This document shows, in pieces, positions 16,371 through 25,639 of a DNA stretch of 64,000 nucleotides (position 1 is the stretch's first letter; every line of letters begins with the position of its first letter). The notes under the pieces were generated by a model. It worked only from the letters and a program-made list of their open reading frames with translations, was not told where the DNA came from and did no database searches. The position numbers and the translations under genes were made by a program. Source of the DNA: an uncultured Myxococcales bacterium (GTDB lineage Bacteria; Myxococcota_A; Polyangia; Polyangiales; Houyiibacteriaceae); assembly GCA_965601515.1 (NCBI GenBank), contig CBFCWN010000007.1:4992-68991 (forward strand). The letters run 5' to 3'.

Positions 16371-17743
16371 GCCAAACCAGACAAGACGCCGCCGAGCTGA
16401 TCGAGCTTGGGGACTCGATTGTCCGCAGGGCGCGCTCTGCCGGCGCCGACGTTGCCGAGGCGAGCGTCCACAGCGGCTCACACCTTTCGGCAAAGGTCCG
16501 AATGCACGAACCGGAGCTCGTCGAGGAGGCGGGCTCCCGTGCGCTCGGGCTTCGCGTCATGCTCGGTCAGCGCGTCGCCGCGACGTACACGAGTGACCTC
16601 AGCGACGCCGGTCAACGGCTACTGATCGAAGACGCTCTCGAGCTCGCGAAGCTCAGTGAGCCCGACGAATTCGCAGGCCCTCCCGAAGCCGCGCTGCTTT
16701 CGAGCCCGTCCGAATGGGCCGATCTCGACACGTTCGACGACAGTGTGAGTGACATCCTCGCAGACGAAGCGCTCGAGCGTGCGCTCACGGGGGAGCGTGC
16801 TGCGTTCGAGCTCGATTCCCGCATCACGAATAGTGAGGGCGCCTCGTTCACGCGAGCGCGCGGCCTGAGCGCGTTGGTGACTTCTGGCGGCTTCGCAGGA
16901 AGTGATGTCGGAACATACGCGTCGATCGTCGTCACTCCGGTCGCAGACGACGCCGACGGTAAGAAGCGCCGGGGTTACCATTGGTCGGCCGCTCGCCACT
17001 ATCCCGACCTCGAGTCGAGCGTCGACGTCGGCGAGGAAGCCGCGCGCCGAACGCTCGCGCAGCTTGGAGCGATCAAGCTCTCCACTCAGGAGCTTCCGGT
17101 CGTGTTCGACAGAGATGCGGCCCGCTCGATTTTGGGATTGTTCGCAGGATGCATTCTCGGCGGGGCGATTTGGCGCAAGAGCTCCTATCTCGTCGATCGT
17201 GTGGGCAGCGAGGTCGCGAGCGACTTAGTCACCATCGTCGACGACCCGCTCTTACCCCGAGGGCCAGGGTCTCGGGCCTTCGATGGCGAGGGGCTGCTCT
17301 CGCGACGAAATGTCGTCGTCGAAGGCGGTTCGCTTCAGACGTATCTTCTCGATTCGTACTCGGGCCGAAAGCTTGGTCTCGACAGCACCGCCAGCGCATC
17401 GCGTTCCTCGTCCGGCGGAGTGTCGGCTTCGACCAGCAATCTGACGCTGCAGCCGGGGTCGATCAGTCGCGACGCCCTCGTGGCCGACACCAAGCACGGT
17501 CTCTACGTCACCGGGATGATGGGCTTCGGGTTCAACTCGGTGACCGGTGACTTCAGCCGTGGAGCGTCTGGCTTTCTCATCCGGGACGGCGAGCTTGCCG
17601 AACCCGTCTCCGAAGTCACGATCTCGCTCAATCTCAATGAGCTCTTGCACCGCATCGACGCGATTGCCGACGACATCGACTACCGTACGTCCATCGCGTC
17701 ACCGACCTTTCGAGTGTCCTCGATGACCCTCGCCGGCAGCTAG
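16367..17743 (+). CDS. pmbA: Metalloprotease PmbA/TldE
   Basis: The sequence is MSQTRQDAAELIELGDSIVRRARSAGADVAEASVHSGSHLSAKVRMHEPELVEEAGSRALGLRV... An ATGA overlap links it to the tldD stop. Confidence 0.92.
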   Translation: MSQTRQDAAELIELGDSIVRRARSAGADVAEASVHSGSHLSAKVRMHEPELVEEAGSRALGLRVMLGQRVAATYTSDLSDAGQRLLIEDALELAKLSEPDEFAGPPEAALLSSPSEWADLDTFDDSVSDILADEALERALTGERAAFELDSRITNSEGASFTRARGLSALVTSGGFAGSDVGTYASIVVTPVADDADGKKRRGYHWSAARHYPDLESSVDVGEEAARRTLAQLGAIKLSTQELPVVFDRDAARSILGLFAGCILGGAIWRKSSYLVDRVGSEVASDLVTIVDDPLLPRGPGSRAFDGEGLLSRRNVVVEGGSLQTYLLDSYSGRKLGLDSTASASRSSSGGVSASTSNLTLQPGSISRDALVADTKHGLYVTGMMGFGFNSVTGDFSRGASGFLIRDGELAEPVSEVTISLNLNELLHRIDAIADDIDYRTSIASPTFRVSSMTLAGS

Positions 17744-17752
17744 GCCGCCCGC

Positions 17753-18808
17753 CTACTCGCGGGCGCGCGCGACCATGACGTCCACGTAGCTGGCCAGGTC
17801 CGGGCAGCTGAGCCCCGTTCCTGCGAGGAGCTCGCGGGCTTTCCGATCGTCGTAGATGACGTCCGTCTTCAAGTGATCGAGAAACGCGCGGGTCGTGTGA
17901 GTGAACCGCTGCATTCCGGGCGCGCGCATGAGGGCCGTCGCGAGATTGAGCGGGTCGTGTTCACGTGGTGCCGGTCGGCCGGTAGCCTCCGCGATCAGCT
18001 TGAGCGCCGCGTTCACGCTCACTGGCTTCGGGTCGACGATGTGGAACGTTCCGCCGATCGCGCGGTCGTCATCGCTGATGGCAATCGCGGCTTTGACGGC
18101 GTAGTCGACCGGCAGGGCGCTGATTCGAACGCCCGCATGGCTCGGCTCCGGGATTCTATAGTCTTCGGGAGCGCTGAGTAGAAAGCGAATCAGAAGGTAG
18201 AGCCCCGTCAGGTCCTCGGTCTCTCCTGTCCGCGAGTCCCCCACGAGAAGAGCCGGTCGCAGCACGACGACGGGAAGCTCGTCGGCTGTCTCCCGCAGCA
18301 TGAGCTCGCACTTGTAGAGAGACTCTTCGACCACGTTCCGAAAACCCATGGAGTCCGAGAGCTCGTCCTCGAGCACGAACCCTTCTCGGTTTCCGGAGAC
18401 CGTCGCACTCGACCAGAACACCAGCCGTTTCAGCCGCGGCACGGACTCCGCGAACTCGAGAAGCTCGATGGCGGCTTTGACGTTCCCGTCGGCCTCTTCG
18501 CGGGTCGCGGCGGGGTCGGTGATCGAAGCACAGTGGTGGATGACTTCGACGCGAGCGTTTAGCTGCGCAAGCTCGTCGCGGCTCAGTCCGAAGTCGATGG
18601 AGCGCGGGTCGCCGACCCAGATGGAAACCCGCTCGCGGGCGTCCTCTGGCAGCGTCCCAAGCAGCTCCTCTGCGCGATCGGTTCGAGCCTCGGGGACGAC
18701 GCAGCAGACGGAACGTTCTCCTCGGAGCGCGAGCTCTCGGACCAAGTGCACGGCAGGCTGTCGCCCCGGGAACCCGGTTACCAAGACCGAGCGAGCTAGC
18801 GATCCCAT
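17753..18808 (-). CDS. Stand-alone thioester-reductase-like (NAD_binding_4 type) extended SDR with divergent cofactor and catalytic motifs
   Basis: The layout matches terminal reductase domains (VLVTGFPGRQ...VWVGDPRSIDFGLS...VIHHCASI...NVKAAIELLEFA...LVFWSSATVSG...VVVLRPALLVGDSRTGE). The glycine motif is TGFPGRQ and the Tyr region is LYKCE rather than YxxSK. Confidence 0.65.
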   Translation of the reverse strand: MGSLARSVLVTGFPGRQPAVHLVRELALRGERSVCCVVPEARTDRAEELLGTLPEDARERVSIWVGDPRSIDFGLSRDELAQLNARVEVIHHCASITDPAATREEADGNVKAAIELLEFAESVPRLKRLVFWSSATVSGNREGFVLEDELSDSMGFRNVVEESLYKCELMLRETADELPVVVLRPALLVGDSRTGETEDLTGLYLLIRFLLSAPEDYRIPEPSHAGVRISALPVDYAVKAAIAISDDDRAIGGTFHIVDPKPVSVNAALKLIAEATGRPAPREHDPLNLATALMRAPGMQRFTHTTRAFLDHLKTDVIYDDRKARELLAGTGLSCPDLASYVDVMVARARE

Positions 18809-19428
18809 CAGCCCTCTTCTCCTTGCGAAAAGCGGGCCACCAGCTGTTGGTGAATCTCGCCGACCTGGCGACGCGTACCCTCGAGGTCACCGTTGTTCGT
18901 CACCACGAAATCCGCAGCGGCCACTTTCCTCGAAAGAGGGAACTGCGACTCGATACGCGCGTTGGCTTCCTGAACCGTGTATCCGTCGCGTGCGATCAGG
19001 CGAAGGCGTTGGACCGCCTCGTCCGCGCTGACGACGACCAGCGCGGGGAAAGCGCTGTGCGCACCGGTTTCCACCAGCAGGGCGGCCTCGTACACCACGT
19101 AGGGCGCCTCGTGGTCGTCGTAGGAGGCGATGTGCTCGGCTCCGGCTGCGCCGATTCGTGGATGCAAAATCTCGTTGAGCTTCACGCGTGCTGCCTCGTC
19201 CTCGAACACGAGATCCCCGACTTTCTTCCGATCCAGGCGTCCCTCGTCGTCGAGCACCTCGGGACCAAATGCTTCGACGATGGCTTCGAGGCCCGGTGTG
19301 CCCGGCTCGACGACTTCTCTCGCGAGATCGTCAGCATCGACGACCGGGATGCCGAGCTCGGCGAACATCTTCGCCACGGTCGTCTTGCCGCTTGCGATAC
19401 CACCGGTGAGCCCAACGACGGGTTTCAT
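18808..19428 (-). CDS. coaE: Dephospho-CoA kinase
   Basis: The sequence is MKPVVGLTGGIASGKTTVAKMFAELGIPVVDADDLAREVVEPGTPGLEAIVEAFG... The start is ATG 19428. The stop shares 1 nt with the start of the downstream SDR gene. Confidence 0.93.
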   Translation of the reverse strand: MKPVVGLTGGIASGKTTVAKMFAELGIPVVDADDLAREVVEPGTPGLEAIVEAFGPEVLDDEGRLDRKKVGDLVFEDEAARVKLNEILHPRIGAAGAEHIASYDDHEAPYVVYEAALLVETGAHSAFPALVVVSADEAVQRLRLIARDGYTVQEANARIESQFPLSRKVAAADFVVTNNGDLEGTRRQVGEIHQQLVARFSQGEEG

Positions 19429-19495
19429 CGGCGCGCAGTATTGAGCATCACTCCAGTCGGGCAAGACGATTCGCGGCGTGCTACGCCGACGCCCA

Positions 19496-19944
19496 TGAGA
19501 GCAGTCGTTCAACGGGTTCACGAGGCTGACGTCGAGGTCGACGGAGAGCGCGTGGGCGCGATCAAACGCGGGCTGCTCGTCTTCCTCGGTGCGGCTCGCG
19601 AGGACGAGACGAGCGACGTGCAGTACGTGGCCGACAAGATCGCAGGGCTGAGAATCTTCCCGAACGACGAAGGCAAGATGTCGCTCTCGGTCACCGACGT
19701 CGGCGGCGGCGTCTTGGTGGTGTCTCAGTTCACGCTCTTCGGCGACGTCCGCAGGGGTCGGCGGCCATCGTTCGACGGCGCCGCGGACCCTGTCGACGCC
19801 GAACGCCTCTATCAGGAAGTTGTCGATGCGCTGCGCGCGAAGGAGCTGACGGTCGAGACCGGCAGGTTTCGCGCGATGATGGACGTTCGGTCGAACGTGG
19901 ATGGTCCCGTAACCATCCAGATCGACAGTCGGAAGCTTTATTAG
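19496..19944 (+). CDS. dtd: D-aminoacyl-tRNA deacylase
   Basis: The sequence is MRAVVQRVHEADVEVDGERVGAIKRGLLVFLGAARED...VLVVSQFTLFGDVRRGRRPSF... It is the tail of a long track ORF (18823-19944). Confidence 0.93.
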
Positions 19945-19979
19945 GCTTCGGCAAGCGGACACGGCATAATCCGAGCCCG

Positions 19980-22418
19980 ATGCTCCGGGTCGCAAGGGAA
20001 CGGCGCGCGTGGGTGCTGGCAGCGCTCGTCGTGCTCATCGTCGGGGCGGTGCTTTGGTTTTTCGGTGCTCCGTACGCAAAAGCGAGAGCCGAGCGTGCCA
20101 TCGGTGCGCGTCTTGGCATGGTTGCGACCATTGGTGAGCTAGACCTCTCGATGTCCCGAGCCGAGCTTCGAGGCGTTGAACTGCGCGGACTCGAAGGCGG
20201 TCTGACGGTGCGCATCGAAAAGCTCACGGCTGACGTCAACGCGCTCGCTGCGCTCTTCAAGGGGGCGGGCGCGGTTGGTGCCGTTCGCGCTCGCGCGGTG
20301 GACGTCGACCTCGACCTCGCAGATGCAGGTGCCGCGGGCTCTCTTTCGTCGATCCGCAATCGTCTTGCGCGCCGTTCATCGGTCAAGTCAGACGGTGGCG
20401 GAACGTCGCCTTCTCGGGGCGGACGCGCGTACGACGTCAGCGCGATCGAAGTGGACGTCGCAGACGCGTCGGGTCCGATGCTCTCGGTACGTGACGCTGC
20501 GCTTGTCAAAGAGGGCGATCGGGTGACGTACTTCGCCGAAGAGACGCTGCTCGGCGAGCTCGACCACGATCATGTCCGAGCGGGTCCGCTCGAGGTGACG
20601 CTCGAGCGCAGCGATGGAGTCTGGGTACTCGATTCCTTCGAGCTTGCCGGTGGCCGAGTTCGCTCGATGCGCGACGCGGACACGGAGCAAGAGGCGTTGG
20701 CGCTGCGGGTGCGCGCCGCAATTCGGACCGTGCGTGGATCGCCGGAGCCTACAGACGCGACCGACGAGCCCTCAACCGAACCCGTAGCGGCGACCGACGA
20801 GCCATCGACCGAACCGGTATTCGTGCCGGCCGAGCCTACAGCCGCGCCCGCTTCCTCTCGTCGGCTGTTCTCGAGGTTGGCGCCAGACGCCGAGGTCAAG
20901 GTTCGGGGCGTCGACCTCGAAAGCAGGACCACAGAGGACGGTCGAATCGAACGCATCCGCGGGCTCGATGTTTCTCTGAACGGGCGCGGCGACGGGTGGT
21001 TCCGCATCGAAGCGAATGGGGAAACCACCCGAGGTGGCGTTCTGACGGTGGACATGAGCGTGCATCCCGACGACGCCCGTGCCGAGGGAAGCATTGGACT
21101 GCGTCGGTTATCGTTGGCGCTGATCGCGCCGTTTGTCCCCGAGGTGCCGTTTTACGAGCCTGAGGTCGGCTCGTTTAGCGCCGAGCTCGAACTCGTGGCC
21201 GAGTCCACGGACCGTATCGCGATCGAAGGCGGGTTTCGCATCGAGGAGCTCGGCCTCTTCGACGAGCGCATAGCCGCCGATCCGATCGAGCACGTTGGAG
21301 TCGCCGCGCGAGGCAAGGGGGCGTGGCACCCGAACGAGCGACGCCTCGAGATCGAGCTCGCGACGGTGCGGATGAATGACGCGCAAATGATGCTCGAAGG
21401 CGAGGTGGAGCGTACGCCAGAGCACTATCGAGTCGACCTCACGGCGAAGCTTCCACCTACCGATTGCAACGACGTCGTGAGCGCAATCCCGCGCGATGTC
21501 CTGCGTTCGCTCTCGCGTTTTCGGTGGGTCGGGAACTGGAGCGCTCTGACGCACCTCTCGCTCGACTCGCGTGACCTTCAGGCGACCGAGCTCTCGATTC
21601 GCGTTCGAAACCTGTGCGAGTTCACCGCTGCGCCGAAATGGGTCGCCGTCGAGCGCTTCCAAGAGCCCTTTCGTCATCGCGTCGTCGAGCCGGACGAAAC
21701 GGTCTTCCGAATGCGTACTGGGCCCACGACGGACAACTGGGTGGCCTTCGAGGAGATCAGTCCGTTCGTCGTTCCTGCTGTCATCAGTCATGAAGACGGA
21801 GGCTTCTTCGACCATGGCGGCTTCGCACCGTGGGCGATTCGCGATGCGCTCGTTCGCAACCTCGAGGAGGGTCGGTACGTCGTTGGGGCAAGCACCATCT
21901 CCATGCAGCTTGCGAAGAATCTCTACCTCAAGCGCGAAAAGACGATCGCACGCAAGGCGCAAGAAGTGCTCCTTACCTGGTGGCTCGAGAGTCAGCTGAC
22001 CAAGGAGCAGATCCTCGAGCTGTACCTGAACGTCATCGAGTATGCGCCCGGCGTCTACGGCTTACGCAACGCAGCCGCGTACTACTTCGGTCGAGAGCCC
22101 ATCGAGCTCAGCCCGGCGGAGTCCGCGTTCCTCGCCTGCGTTCTCCCTTCGCCCAAGAACTACTACGTTTCGTTCGAGAGAGGAAAGCTGACGCGGCCGA
22201 TGAAGAATCGCTCGAAGCGGCTGCTCGAACACATGGCGAAGCGGGAGCGGATCGGCCCCGACGCCTTGGCCTACGGACTCGCCGAGCTCGAAGACTTTCA
22301 ATTTCGCAAGGAGGGTGACCCGCCGCCGTCGCCTCGGATTCTGCCGCCGCTCGGGGCCCCCGAAGAACCGCTCCCCGAAGATCTCGATCCGTATGAGGCG
22401 CTCTTCCTCGCCCCCTGA
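19980..22418 (+). CDS. Large membrane-anchored protein with a C-terminal GT51 peptidoglycan glycosyltransferase domain and no transpeptidase domain
   Basis: The N-terminal TM segment is WVLAALVVLIVGAVLWFFG. About 580 aa of unassigned sequence follows. The GT51 motifs are ISHEDGGFFDHGGF...RYVVGASTISMQLAKNLYL...RKAQEVLLTWWLE...KEQILELYLNVIEY. Confidence 0.85.
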   Translation: MLRVARERRAWVLAALVVLIVGAVLWFFGAPYAKARAERAIGARLGMVATIGELDLSMSRAELRGVELRGLEGGLTVRIEKLTADVNALAALFKGAGAVGAVRARAVDVDLDLADAGAAGSLSSIRNRLARRSSVKSDGGGTSPSRGGRAYDVSAIEVDVADASGPMLSVRDAALVKEGDRVTYFAEETLLGELDHDHVRAGPLEVTLERSDGVWVLDSFELAGGRVRSMRDADTEQEALALRVRAAIRTVRGSPEPTDATDEPSTEPVAATDEPSTEPVFVPAEPTAAPASSRRLFSRLAPDAEVKVRGVDLESRTTEDGRIERIRGLDVSLNGRGDGWFRIEANGETTRGGVLTVDMSVHPDDARAEGSIGLRRLSLALIAPFVPEVPFYEPEVGSFSAELELVAESTDRIAIEGGFRIEELGLFDERIAADPIEHVGVAARGKGAWHPNERRLEIELATVRMNDAQMMLEGEVERTPEHYRVDLTAKLPPTDCNDVVSAIPRDVLRSLSRFRWVGNWSALTHLSLDSRDLQATELSIRVRNLCEFTAAPKWVAVERFQEPFRHRVVEPDETVFRMRTGPTTDNWVAFEEISPFVVPAVISHEDGGFFDHGGFAPWAIRDALVRNLEEGRYVVGASTISMQLAKNLYLKREKTIARKAQEVLLTWWLESQLTKEQILELYLNVIEYAPGVYGLRNAAAYYFGREPIELSPAESAFLACVLPSPKNYYVSFERGKLTRPMKNRSKRLLEHMAKRERIGPDALAYGLAELEDFQFRKEGDPPPSPRILPPLGAPEEPLPEDLDPYEALFLAP
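20756..20818 (+). repeat. Tandem 33-nt-period coding repeat (ATDEPSTEPV x2) inside the GT51 gene
   Basis: Two 30-nt copies (20756-20785 and 20789-20818) differ only at three third-codon positions (ccc/cca, tca/tcg, ccc/ccg). Confidence 0.9.
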
Positions 22419-22518
22419 GCCTGCCATTTATTGGGACCACCCATTCGGGTAGGGGTAAACACGAGCCAGGGGGAGGCCCGCCGATGAATCGGTGGTGCCG
22501 AGTTTCGTCCGAGGAAAG

Positions 22519-24405
22519 ATGCGAGGGTTGCTTGGCGTGGTCGTGAGGTCGAGGTTTGCATACATCTCGTTGATCTTCGGGGTTCTGATTCAGTCGACCA
22601 TCGTGGCTGCAGCGGAGCCGGATCCCGCGGTCGTCGTCATTACTCCCGGGGACGACGCAACGCAGGGGGCTGCGATTCGCATCGACGGAGAGCCGTCGGG
22701 CAATGTGCCGCTTCGCAAGACGCTCACGCCGGGTCGACACCTGATTCAGGTCGGTAAGCGAGGCTTCGTGACGTTCTCCAAGTGGGTCACCCTCAGCTCG
22801 GCCGAGGTTCTCAACCTGCCCGTCGTGCTTCAGCCACAGGCCCCCACCACCGGATCGCTCTTGATTTCCGCCGACGTAACCGGGCTGCCTGTGCGAATCG
22901 ACGGTGAGCTTCGTGGGAACACGCCTCTTGTCGTCGATGGCCTTGCGGAAGGCGAGCACGCAGTCGTCATCGAGAGTCCCGGGGAGGGCTACAAGCCGTT
23001 TTCGACGATCGTCACGGTTCGAGCCAACGAACGTGCCACCGTCGAAGCGAATATTCGCATTGCTCCGGACCTCGGAAGTCTCCGCGTCATTGCCAGCGTC
23101 CCGGGCGCCATCATCAGCCTCGACGGGGAAGACATCGGTGTCGCTCCGGCCGCGCGCGGGAGCCTCACGCCAGGCGAGCACATCGTCACCGCTCGCGCGA
23201 CGGGCTATGAGCCCGTCGCGCAGACCGTCACCGTCATCGCAGGTCGCGAGCGCGTCGTGTCGTTGCGCTTCACGACGCCCAGCAACGATGTCAGCCGAAT
23301 CCTCGTACGGGCGAGTGTTCCTGACGCGGTCGTGACCGTGGACGGCATCGACTACGGGAATCCTCCCGTCAACATCGAACCCGCCGAGCCTGGGACGCAT
23401 TCGATCGTCGTTCAGGCGCCCGGGTATCGTGAGGTTCGGCGCTCGTGCAGCGTTGGCCCAGGCCGAAACTGCGATGTGTATGCGGACCTCAACGCGCTCG
23501 GCGTTCCCGTTCGAGTCGAAGCGAACGTCGCAGGTGCCCAGCTCTTCATCGACGGCGAGCCTCGAGGTCCCGTTCCCTGGGAGGGCGACCTTCCGGAGGG
23601 TTCCCACGCAATCGAGGTGCGGGCGGAAGGCTACGAGAGCCACACCGAGAGCATCGTCCTCGAAAAGTCGTCTCGCGTCCGCCTCATTCAGGTGATTCTC
23701 GGGGCCACGGTGGCCACCCCCGACACCACCCAACGAAACAAGGCCGCCGAGCGAGAAGACCCGCTTCGAAACACGGTGACGCACGCCGGCGGGCCCATCG
23801 CTCCGGGTATCGCGACGCTCGACCTGTCGACGGGATGGCCATGGCTTGCCTCACTCGGACTCCGTGCGGGCCTCACCGACTTCCTCGACGTCGGGCTCTA
23901 CGTCGCGACGTTCGGGCGTCTCACGGATTTCTGGCTGAGCACGAAGGCGGGCTGGAAAGTCTCTCGTTACTTCTCGCTTGGAGGTGATCTCCAAGTCGGT
24001 GGCGGCATCGGTCCGTCACAGCGCGACGAGAACGGGGTGCGGCACCCGACCAACAACTTCTTCATTAGCCTCGACGCGATCTTCAGCCTGCACTACCCGC
24101 CGCGCGGCGCTTTCTCGCTGTGGATCGCGATGGACTTCAACAGCGACCGATGGGATTTCGACGGTCGCAACAATCGCGTGTCTGTGACAGGCTCCCGTCA
24201 GAACGTCGTCCGAGCCAGGCTCGGCGGTTCGTTGGAGTTCGTCGTGACTCGGAAGTGGAACGTGTGGGTCGAGGTGGAAGGCATCGTGGCGGGCGATCGG
24301 CGGCGCATCCTGGGTGACGTGTTCGGCGGCGGCCGCGCCGATTCCATGGTCTACGGACAGCTTGGCGCGACCTTCAAATTCGGCAGCCCCAAGGGATCGG
24401 AATGA
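22519..24405 (+). CDS. Secreted protein with five PEGA domains and a C-terminal beta-barrel-like region
   Basis: The signal peptide is MRGLLGVVVRSRFAYISLIFGVLIQSTIVAAA. There are five repeats of the IxIDGxxxGxxPL...LxPGxHxIxV type. The C-terminal roughly 200 aa has alternating hydrophobic strands and ends ...YGQLGATFKFGSPKGSE. ATG 22519 has GAGGA upstream; the track start is 22492. Confidence 0.8.
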   Translation: MRGLLGVVVRSRFAYISLIFGVLIQSTIVAAAEPDPAVVVITPGDDATQGAAIRIDGEPSGNVPLRKTLTPGRHLIQVGKRGFVTFSKWVTLSSAEVLNLPVVLQPQAPTTGSLLISADVTGLPVRIDGELRGNTPLVVDGLAEGEHAVVIESPGEGYKPFSTIVTVRANERATVEANIRIAPDLGSLRVIASVPGAIISLDGEDIGVAPAARGSLTPGEHIVTARATGYEPVAQTVTVIAGRERVVSLRFTTPSNDVSRILVRASVPDAVVTVDGIDYGNPPVNIEPAEPGTHSIVVQAPGYREVRRSCSVGPGRNCDVYADLNALGVPVRVEANVAGAQLFIDGEPRGPVPWEGDLPEGSHAIEVRAEGYESHTESIVLEKSSRVRLIQVILGATVATPDTTQRNKAAEREDPLRNTVTHAGGPIAPGIATLDLSTGWPWLASLGLRAGLTDFLDVGLYVATFGRLTDFWLSTKAGWKVSRYFSLGGDLQVGGGIGPSQRDENGVRHPTNNFFISLDAIFSLHYPPRGAFSLWIAMDFNSDRWDFDGRNNRVSVTGSRQNVVRARLGGSLEFVVTRKWNVWVEVEGIVAGDRRRILGDVFGGGRADSMVYGQLGATFKFGSPKGSE

Positions 24406-25055
24406 TCGAGGGCCACTTCATCGTCCTCGAAGGCATCGACGGATCGGGGACCACGACTCAATGCTCGATCCTCTCGGATCGCTTCGCGGACCGCGGACTA
24501 CCTACGCACGTGACCCGCGAGCCGAGCGACGGTCCGGTCGGCGTCCTGATTCGGCAGATCCTCACCGGGCGCGTGGTGACACCCGGTCAGCACGGCTCGC
24601 GGCCGCCGAGCTGGGCCACCATGGCCGCTCTCTTTGCCGCCGACCGGCTCGACCACCTCGAAGCGGAGGTCAACCCGAACCTTCTCGACGGCGTCACCGT
24701 CATCTCCGATCGATACGATCACTCTTCGGTGGCCTACCAGACCGTGAGCAGCGAAGGGCAGGCCGACGTCACCGCGTGGGTGCTCGATCTCAACCGACAC
24801 GCGCGACGACCCGACCTCACGCTGGTACTCGACGTCGACCCGAAGGTGGCTGCAACCCGGCGCGATTCGCGATCGGGAAACCCCGAGCTCTACGAGGTCA
24901 GCGAGATGCAGGCGGAGTTGGCTCGCTTCTACGCGAAAATCGACGAACTTTTCCCAAATGATAACATTGTGCATATCGACGCGAATCGAGGCGTCGACGA
25001 AGTGACCGAGGCGGTTTGGTCCGAGGTGTTGAAGCTTCGAAGGGAGTCGACATGA
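24402..25055 (+). CDS. tmk: Thymidylate (dTMP) kinase
   Basis: The sequence is FIVLEGIDGSGTTTQCSILSDRFADRGLPTHVTREPSDGPVG... There are ATGA overlaps with both flanking genes. Confidence 0.92.
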   Translation: MIEGHFIVLEGIDGSGTTTQCSILSDRFADRGLPTHVTREPSDGPVGVLIRQILTGRVVTPGQHGSRPPSWATMAALFAADRLDHLEAEVNPNLLDGVTVISDRYDHSSVAYQTVSSEGQADVTAWVLDLNRHARRPDLTLVLDVDPKVAATRRDSRSGNPELYEVSEMQAELARFYAKIDELFPNDNIVHIDANRGVDEVTEAVWSEVLKLRREST

Positions 25056-25618
25056 GCCGCGATCTGATTGTGTGGAGTGCCGCGTTTCTGGTGACCGTCG
25101 TCATCGGCTGCGAGAACAGCAAGCTGCAGCGTGAGATGATGGGCGATTCGACGTGGGAAACCTCGAGCGGCTACGAGGACATCGAGGTGCACGAGAAGAA
25201 GAATCGGACCGACGAAAGGTGGGAGAAGGAAAACGCTCCGATGCAGGGCGAGGAGCCGCAGAGCAGTCTCGGCTACCCGCGCGTCCGGTCGGGCTACATC
25301 GACCGCTCGGATCTCGTCCCCGTCCTCGACGCGGGGCTCGGCCGCTACCTACAAAACGTCGAGACTCAGCCCGAGTTCCACCAGGGCGTCTTCGTCGGAT
25401 TTCGCATCGTCAGCCTGTTCCCGGGTGAGCTCACCTACGCCTCACTCGACCTGCGACCCGGCGACATCGTCACTCGGGTGAACGGGCGCTCCATCGAGCG
25501 TCCCGAGCAGGCGGTTGCGGTTTGGGAAGCGCTCCGCACCGCATCGAATCTCGTCGTCCACTACCAGCGTGGCGAAGACGAGCATGCGCTCCACTTTCGG
25601 ATCGTTGACGAGAGTTAG
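25052..25618 (+). CDS. Lipoprotein with a PDZ-like (GspC-C-terminal-like) domain
   Basis: The lipobox is VVIGC. The C-terminal half is GVFVGFRIVSLFPGELTYASLDLRPGDIVTRVNGRSIERPEQAVAVWEAL. Confidence 0.6.
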   Translation: MSRDLIVWSAAFLVTVVIGCENSKLQREMMGDSTWETSSGYEDIEVHEKKNRTDERWEKENAPMQGEEPQSSLGYPRVRSGYIDRSDLVPVLDAGLGRYLQNVETQPEFHQGVFVGFRIVSLFPGELTYASLDLRPGDIVTRVNGRSIERPEQAVAVWEALRTASNLVVHYQRGEDEHALHFRIVDES

Positions 25619-25639
25619 GTCCGACTCCACGGTTCGGCG

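Noticed and set aside
22108-23784. 558-aa minus-strand ORF
   Set aside because: It is antisense to the GT51 3' end and the PEGA gene. The PEGA frame has clear repeated domain structure and the antisense frame has none.
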